Assembly (NCBI RefSeq): GCF_051307035.1
Contig: NZ_CP195536.1
Location: 1,350,001 to 1,382,000 of the forward strand
Direction of reading: 5' to 3'
Source of the DNA: Psychrobacter sp. DM4
GTDB lineage: Bacteria > Pseudomonadota > Gammaproteobacteria > Pseudomonadales > Moraxellaceae
Length of the DNA stretch: 32,000 nucleotides
In this document: positions 26,650-32,000 of the stretch, one piece after another
Numbering within the stretch: the stretch's first letter is position 1
Layout: each line of letters begins with the position of its first letter
Position numbers and translations under genes: made by a program
The notes under the pieces: model-generated
What the model saw: the letters and a program-made list of their open reading frames with translations, nothing else
Told to the model about the DNA's origin: nothing
The model's database searches: none

Positions 26650-26930
26650 TGCAATTGGCATGATTACTCTAGAATCAAACATTATGTACTACTGTTAGTC
26701 GCCAATAGGAAAACAGTCAGATGCAGTGTGTTATTGTTTCAGACTTAATTTATAAATACCAAATCCAAGGTTTTCTACGCTGCTTCTATGTCAGATTTTC
26801 GATTATAAAACCAGAAGAACTCAAGAATTAGGAATGAGATTTTCTCAGATAATGGATATCCCTGCAGTATCACCGCCAAGGAAGTGGCTAGAGTCTCAGA
26901 CTGTAGTGGCATAATTAAATTGGACAGCTT

Positions 26931-26964
26931 ATAAGAGGTTGTACTATATAAGAGGTTGTACTAA
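26931..26964 (+). repeat. 17-bp tandem duplication just upstream of IS3 orfA relic B
   Basis: ATAAGAGGTTGTACTAT (26931-26947) is followed directly by ATAAGAGGTTGTACTAA (26948-26964), matching at 16/17 positions. Confidence 0.8.
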
Positions 26965-26983
26965 CTGAAAGAGAACAACTAGT

Positions 26984-27390
26984 ATGCCTGCCAAACGCCG
27001 AGAATACACCCGAGAATTTAAATTAGAAGCCGTCAGTTTAATGTCAGATCACAAGCTTAAGATTGTAGAAGTAGCAGAGTCACTAGGCATCGGTACTTCC
27101 ACCTTAGATAGCTGGGTTGGCAAGTATCGACTAGAGTAGCAAGGGGTTACGCCAATTCAAGGGAGTGCACTCACTGATGAACAACGAGAGCTACAAGCGC
27201 TTCGCAAGTAAGTTAAGCAGTTGACCATTAAGCGTAACATACTAAAAAAGGCTTCAGCTCTGTTGGCATCGGACAGTCTAGAAGGCTACTACTAATAAGT
27301 AAGCTTGCAGAGCAGGACAAACAATTGAACAAGCGCAAACTATGTGAGTTGTTTGATGCGGTCAGAAGCAGTTACTACTATATTCATCAG
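26984..27390 (+). mobile_element. IS3-family transposase relic B: orfA with two in-frame stops, slippery site, and only the first ~33 codons of orfB
   Basis: orfA translates to MPAKRREYTREFKLEAVSLMSDHKLKIVEVAESLGIGTSTLDSWVGKYRLE, then TAG (27137) and TAA (27209) in frame. The classic A-AAA-AAG frameshift heptamer is at 27244-27250 in the correct phase. The -1 frame from 27295 reads ISKLAEQDKQLNKRKLCELFDAVRSSYYY (orfB N-terminus), and similarity is then lost. A possible left end, TGGAC..., is at 26921. Confidence 0.7.
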
Positions 27391-27550
27391 AGCGTCATAT
27401 TCTGCCATGAGTTCAAAATTAGGCTTTATCATAATACCAATGCCATCTTTATAGGTGACTCAGTATAACAATATTTTTGATACAAAAATTAAACTATGTA
27501 GGATATAGAACCAAACTAAAAGTTAATAGTTAATTCGACTATTTCCTGAG

Positions 27551-28918
27551 TTAATCTAATGACTCTACCAATACCTCGAATATTTTTGGATGACTCATTT
27601 GCGCCACATTAAAGCGCATAAAGCTCTCAGCACTCTTTGATTGGCTAAAGGCATTACCTGGGGCCAAGACCACGCCTTGAGACAGACAGCGCTTGGCTAT
27701 ACCAGTAGCGCTATTATTATCTGGCAAGCGGCACCAAAGAAACATACCTGCTTGCGGTGTCAGCCAAGGTTCAATACCCAGCCTAGCTAATCTAGATATT
27801 GTTTGTACACGAGCGTCGGCTAAGCGCTTATGAATCGCACTCATATGTTTGCGATAACCGCTATCCGTTAACGCTGATAATACAACTGCTGCTGCCAGCT
27901 GGCCGCCGCCGAAACCAGTCGCTATTTTCAAGTCAAGCAAACTCTCAACCCACTGGTTCGGCGCGGCTATATAACCGCAGCGCAAGGATGCCGATAAAGT
28001 TTTAGAAAAACTCCCGATGTAAAACACATTAGATAAGCTGTCTAATGCCGCAAGCCGTGGCGCAGGTTTGACTTCGAAATCAGCAAAAATATCGTCTTCG
28101 ATAATATATAAACCAGATGCCTGAGCCAATTGTAAGACGCGGTAGGCAGTAGCTGGCGATAAGGTTGCACCTGTTGGATTATGGATAGCGGCATTGGTAA
28201 TATATAGGCGAGGTTTGTGTTCCTTTATAACGGCTGCAAAGGCATCCACATCTGGACCAGTTGGTGTATAGGATACGCCTATGACTTTGACTCGGTGGGC
28301 GCGGAGTAGCGCTCGAAAATTAAAGTAGCAAGGGTCGTCAACGATCACTGTATCACCCGGTGTTAGTAAAAAGCGCAAGATCAAATCTATCGCTTGTGTA
28401 CCTGATTCTGTCAATATTACTTGCGAAGGCTCAGCACTGATATCTAGTCCTGCCATACGTCGTGTCAGTAATTGACGTAATTCCAGTAACCCTAGCGGGG
28501 TTGCGTATTCACTGATAACCGTAATATCAGCCTTGGCTGCTTGCCTCAAACCACGGCGCATACCTTCTTCAAATAACCAGTCTGGCGGTAGCCAACCGCA
28601 GCCCGGTTTTAGGGCATTATCAGACGGTTCTAGCGCTTGTCGTGAGACCCATAGCGGATCTACTTCTCGATCAAGATTAGGGCCTATATCTGTCAACGTT
28701 AGAGGCGCTGTCGTCTCAGCCATATAAAATCCGGCTCCTGGACGCGAATAGATGATGCCTTCTGTTTGCAAACGCTCATAGGCTTCAACTATCGTTGATG
28801 GAGAAAAGCCATAGCTTGCAGCCGCTGCCCGTACGGAGGGCAAGCGCGTGCCTGAGGTATAGGTGACTGTTGCTATCTTCTCTTTAATATCAGTTATTAC
28901 AAGCTCTATTTTAGTCAC
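27551..28918 (-). CDS. MocR-family (GntR HTH + PLP aminotransferase-like domain) transcriptional regulator, third and more divergent copy
   Basis: The start is GTG, with AAAGG upstream. It has the wHTH RLPSVRAAAASYGFSPSTIVEAYERL and aminotransferase-like blocks (YITNAAIHNPTGATLS; IGSFSKTLSASLRCGYI). It is divergent from an MFS transporter gene. Confidence 0.9.
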   Translation of the reverse strand: MTKIELVITDIKEKIATVTYTSGTRLPSVRAAAASYGFSPSTIVEAYERLQTEGIIYSRPGAGFYMAETTAPLTLTDIGPNLDREVDPLWVSRQALEPSDNALKPGCGWLPPDWLFEEGMRRGLRQAAKADITVISEYATPLGLLELRQLLTRRMAGLDISAEPSQVILTESGTQAIDLILRFLLTPGDTVIVDDPCYFNFRALLRAHRVKVIGVSYTPTGPDVDAFAAVIKEHKPRLYITNAAIHNPTGATLSPATAYRVLQLAQASGLYIIEDDIFADFEVKPAPRLAALDSLSNVFYIGSFSKTLSASLRCGYIAAPNQWVESLLDLKIATGFGGGQLAAAVVLSALTDSGYRKHMSAIHKRLADARVQTISRLARLGIEPWLTPQAGMFLWCRLPDNNSATGIAKRCLSQGVVLAPGNAFSQSKSAESFMRFNVAQMSHPKIFEVLVESLD

Positions 28919-28985
28919 TTAAACTACCTTTCTTATTATAGGGTTTTACGCTGTATGGGTTCTATGCACCAAACAGTTATGCGTA

Positions 28986-29027
28986 ATTGTACTGGATTGT
29001 ATATAGATAACCTAAGGCACTTTTGTT
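28986..29027. promoter_or_regulatory. Candidate operator region of the third MocR regulator
   Basis: ATTGTA is directly repeated with a 10-bp period (28986-28991 and 28996-29001), and CACTTTTGTT lies at 29018-29027. In the sense of the minus-strand gene this reads AACAAAAGTG-N17-ACAAT-N5-ACAATT, echoing the AAAGTG...ACAATT layout of the other two MocR upstream regions. Confidence 0.3.
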
Positions 29028-29074
29028 TTAATCATTGACTCAAATCAATAAGATTTTCAGCAAAGCGATTCAAT

Positions 29075-30247
29075 ATGACGGCGACAAGAAACAATAAGTA
29101 TTTGGCGTTTGCACTATGTGTAATTACAACCAGCGTCAATATCCAAGGACCGCTCTACGCGATTTACGCACAAAACGATGGTTACGGCGTATTGGCAACC
29201 ACCATAGCCTTCTCTTTATATGTCCTAGGCGTCATACCCGTGTTGTTGGCTTTTGGTGGACTCTCCGATAAAATTGGAAGAAAAAAGACGATTTTAATCT
29301 CATTAGGTCTATCGATAGCCGCAACTGCTCTGATGATGTTCTACCCTTATACGCGAGCGTTAGCAGTAGCGCGACTGTTGCTTGGTGTGGGCACGGCCTT
29401 AATGGCAGCGACGGCTACCGCTTATATGATTGAGCTGATTGGCTCATCCGATACGGCACATGCAACGACTTGGGTCACTGCCAGTACGACGATAGGCTTT
29501 GGCCTTGGACCTGCGCTGACCACAGTATCGTTATTGGCTTATGAGTCGTCGCAACCTGCTAGCTTTTTTATATTACTGGCATGCGCGTTTTTATCCATGT
29601 TCCTAGTTTGGCAACTACCAGAAACGTCGCCTAAGCAATTAAATAAGGTATCGATGTTAAAGCTGCCTTATTTTAATCGCGAGGTCATATGGTATGGCGG
29701 CGGTATCTTAATATGCTGGGCAACCACAGGACTGGTATTGTCTATCATTCCATCAGTACTAGCCACGCATGGGCTCGCAAAATATGCAGGTATATCTTCT
29801 ATGCTCGCCATCAGCTGCGGATTATTATTTCAGCCCATAGCTCGAAAGCTTGATCCGAAAGTATCAAGCAAGCTGGGTATTATGATTTTACTGCCAGCTT
29901 ATACCTTGCTCGCTTGGGGTGCGCTACATGCGAACCTGCCAGCTATTCTTTTGGCCGCTTTTGCAGCGAGCAGTAGTTGCTATGGTTTTGTCTATTTGGG
30001 AGGGTTATCAGGGGTGACAAGATCAGCCGGAAAAGAGCAAGCTCGCGCTAGTGCGGGTTATTTTCTAATGGCTTATATGGGATTTAGTGTGCCGGTAATT
30101 TTTACTGGTTTAATCGTTGATCGCTATGGCGCTGCTGTTGCATTTTACGCTTTTGGGTTGTTTTTACTGCTTGGCGCGTTAATATTATTTGCAAGTGGGT
30201 CTATTTTGCAAGTAAATCAAGCGAGGTTTGAACCAAAAAATTTGTAG
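29075..30247 (+). CDS. MFS-superfamily transporter
   Basis: The 390-aa protein has about 12 hydrophobic segments. MFS motif A, GGLSDKIGRKKTIL, follows TM2. Confidence 0.85.
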   Translation: MTATRNNKYLAFALCVITTSVNIQGPLYAIYAQNDGYGVLATTIAFSLYVLGVIPVLLAFGGLSDKIGRKKTILISLGLSIAATALMMFYPYTRALAVARLLLGVGTALMAATATAYMIELIGSSDTAHATTWVTASTTIGFGLGPALTTVSLLAYESSQPASFFILLACAFLSMFLVWQLPETSPKQLNKVSMLKLPYFNREVIWYGGGILICWATTGLVLSIIPSVLATHGLAKYAGISSMLAISCGLLFQPIARKLDPKVSSKLGIMILLPAYTLLAWGALHANLPAILLAAFAASSSCYGFVYLGGLSGVTRSAGKEQARASAGYFLMAYMGFSVPVIFTGLIVDRYGAAVAFYAFGLFLLLGALILFASGSILQVNQARFEPKNL

Positions 30248-30420
30248 ATATTAATTCATAGAAAGTTATGTTGGTAAGAATAGCTTTTATAGAGTTGAAT
30301 TTTCTGTTAGATATCTGGCGTGAGTGACTATTAGTTCTTGAAATAGCTGTAATAAGACTCAATGAGAATTGACTTTCGAAGAAAATATATCAAATTAGTC
30401 TCGACTTAAAAAGTTACTTT

Positions 30421-31332
30421 CTATCTACCAAACACTTCGCCCAACCACTCTGCGACTGCGCTCACTCTTGCAGAGCGGCGGACATCAGGATGCATAACGA
30501 CGTATAGAGGCTGCGATTGGCTCAAAGGTATCGTATTCTTATCCTGATTGGTAGGATTCTTATCAGGTGCTATTTCGTGTTCTGTTATTACTACTCTGTT
30601 AATAGGATTAATCGGCAGTAAATCTGGATTGTTAGCTGCTAAAAAGTAAGGCAAGATAGCAATACCCAATTGTTGATACACGCTACTATAGGTTACGTAC
30701 AAGTCGTTACTACTAAAAATAATGGGGTAGTGATGCTGTTGTATTAGGTTTTGTGACCAATGTAGTAAACGTGCATTAGCGTGAAACTCAATGAGTTGCC
30801 ACTGCTTGGCTGGCGTGCACTCAATATAGTCTTTATGGGCAAAAAAACCATATTTGACGTGAGATATCGCACGGATCAGTAAGTCTTCTTGGGTGGGCCG
30901 GCTTAGGCGTAGAGCAATATCAGCTTCTTTGCGATGCAAGTCACTAAAATGAACATCGCCGCGTAGATGTAGCACGATATCAGGGTAGCGCTTACGAAAA
31001 GCGGATAGCTTAGCTATTAATACTTCGTTAGCCAACACTGGCGGCGCAGAGATGACAACGCTACCTTGCATCGCGTTTTGGTCAATCGCCATACGTTTGA
31101 AGGTGATAATTTCTTTTTGTACCTCAGCAGCTTGCGCGTATAAGAGCTTACCTTCTTGAGTAAGAATATAACGCTTTCCCAAACGCTCGAACAAAGTTAA
31201 AGACAGGACTTGTTCAAGGCGTGCAATACGTCGAGACACAGTGCTATGCTGCACGTCCAACTGCTCTGCACAAGCCGTTAGGGTTTGTTGTTCTACTAAG
31301 CAAACGAAATATGCTAAATCATGCCAATCCAT
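30421..31332 (-). CDS. LysR-family transcriptional regulator
   Basis: It has the HTH LTACAEQLDVQHSTVSRRIARLEQVL. I chose the start at MDWHDLAYF (31332) because AAGGAG lies 8-9 nt upstream and the family N-terminus fits. The ORF is open to 31368. Confidence 0.88.
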   Translation of the reverse strand: MDWHDLAYFVCLVEQQTLTACAEQLDVQHSTVSRRIARLEQVLSLTLFERLGKRYILTQEGKLLYAQAAEVQKEIITFKRMAIDQNAMQGSVVISAPPVLANEVLIAKLSAFRKRYPDIVLHLRGDVHFSDLHRKEADIALRLSRPTQEDLLIRAISHVKYGFFAHKDYIECTPAKQWQLIEFHANARLLHWSQNLIQQHHYPIIFSSNDLYVTYSSVYQQLGIAILPYFLAANNPDLLPINPINRVVITEHEIAPDKNPTNQDKNTIPLSQSQPLYVVMHPDVRRSARVSAVAEWLGEVFGR

Positions 31333-31394
31333 TGTTCTAACTCTCCTTATATCTAGTATCCGAGACATGCCTACCTCTGTCGTTGTAACACAAG

Positions 31395-31418
31395 CTATTG
31401 TGCATTATTGCACAGTAG
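31395..31418. promoter_or_regulatory. Dyad-symmetric candidate LysR operator in the divergent LysR/CMD promoter region
   Basis: CTATTGTGCA-TTAT-TGCACAGTAG has 10-bp arms matching at 9/10 positions around a 4-nt spacer. It lies 63 nt upstream of the LysR start and about 90 nt upstream of the CMD-family gene. Confidence 0.4.
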
Positions 31419-31508
31419 CTGGTTTTCTGTCGTCTATTGTTTATGTAAGGTTTGGATTAGACTGATTCTAAGGTACTGGCCTATATAATAATGCAAAGGA
31501 GATAAACG

Positions 31509-31880
31509 ATGAGTGATAGTGCGCTTACCGAGCACGGCAAATCTATTATGAACCAGTTACAAGAGGGTCTTGCTGATAGGGTATCTAATAGTCTGGCTGA
31601 GCTAGATACTGACTTGCCGGCATTGATTACTGATTACGCTTTTGGCGCAGTGGTCGGTCGCCCAGGTCTTGATCTAAAGTCCCGAGAGATGATAACGGTA
31701 GCCTCATTGATTACCTTAGGTCACCCTGCGCCGCAGCTCAAACTACATATGCGGGCAGCCTTAAATATAGGTGTCAGCCAGCAAGAGTTATTGGAGATCG
31801 TTATCCAAATGGCAATTTATGCCGGTGTACCCGCCTGTATGAATGCGTTGACTATTTATAGAGAAGTCATCGAAGTGTGA
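31509..31880 (+). CDS. Carboxymuconolactone decarboxylase (CMD/AhpD-like) family protein
   Basis: The 123-aa protein carries the CMD-family core GRPGLDLKSREMITVASLITLGHPAPQLKLHMRAALNIGVSQQELLEIVIQMAIYAGVPA. AAGGAG lies upstream. Confidence 0.88.
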   Translation: MSDSALTEHGKSIMNQLQEGLADRVSNSLAELDTDLPALITDYAFGAVVGRPGLDLKSREMITVASLITLGHPAPQLKLHMRAALNIGVSQQELLEIVIQMAIYAGVPACMNALTIYREVIEV

Positions 31881-31921
31881 TTGATAGGAATGACTTTAAA
31901 CAACCTTAATACGGAGAATAA

Positions 31922-32000
31922 GATGCAAACAAGACTATTGCAGCAAATGAATCAGCCCGTTTCAGCTATTGGGCTGGGTTGTATGGGTATGAGTGAGTTC
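31922..32000 (+). CDS. Aldo/keto reductase, N-terminal 26 codons only (runs off the window)
   Basis: MQTRLLQQMNQPVSAIGLGCMGMSEF matches the AKR N-terminal pattern (V-S-x-I/L-G-L-G-C-M-G-M-S). GGAG lies upstream. The gene sits 41 nt after the CMD gene. Confidence 0.7.

Noticed and set aside
1-32000. A scan for CRISPR arrays, tRNA/rRNA genes and long tandem arrays.
   Set aside because: I saw no regularly spaced 25-40-nt repeats, no cloverleaf-like GC-rich segments in intergenic regions and no rRNA-like conserved stretches. The only tandem repeats are the 17-bp duplication at 26931 and the 12-nt periodicity inside nasA.

Overview
The window looks like chromosomal DNA from a moderately AT-rich gammaproteobacterium. 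Gene content and composition suggest Moraxellaceae, but that is inference only. It has three parts.

(1) 1-7.3 kb is a nitrate-assimilation operon. It holds a 5-prime-truncated PP2C phosphatase/Ser-Thr kinase, a NirB-N-terminal-like flavoprotein, an unusually long NasA and cobA, and it ends in a hairpin plus T-run.

(2) About 7.4-16.1 kb is an AT-flanked type I restriction-modification island, hsdM-hsdS-X-hsdR. X is a Sec-exported orphan protein wedged between hsdS and hsdR. A structured repeat-rich spacer precedes hsdR, and a small coiled-coil ORF lies at the right edge.

(3) 16.1-32 kb is a regulator- and transporter-rich accessory region. It has three MocR/GntR-aminotransferase regulators, one of them split exactly at a TAA-ATG junction, and all three upstream regions contain an AAAGTG core. 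It also has PaiB-like and DJ-1/PfpI genes, EamA, LysE and MFS transporters, a truncated EamA remnant, and two decayed IS3-family orfA relics in direct orientation. Those relics bracket a more GC-rich OYE reductase / exported SGNH hydrolase / LysR module. The window ends with LysR, a CMD-family gene and a partial aldo-keto reductase.

I saw no rRNA, tRNA or CRISPR array. The best candidate for something undescribed is the exported orphan gene apparently co-transcribed with hsdMS. The split MocR and its conserved operator-like motif come next. All homology calls were made by eye from motifs; no searches were run.
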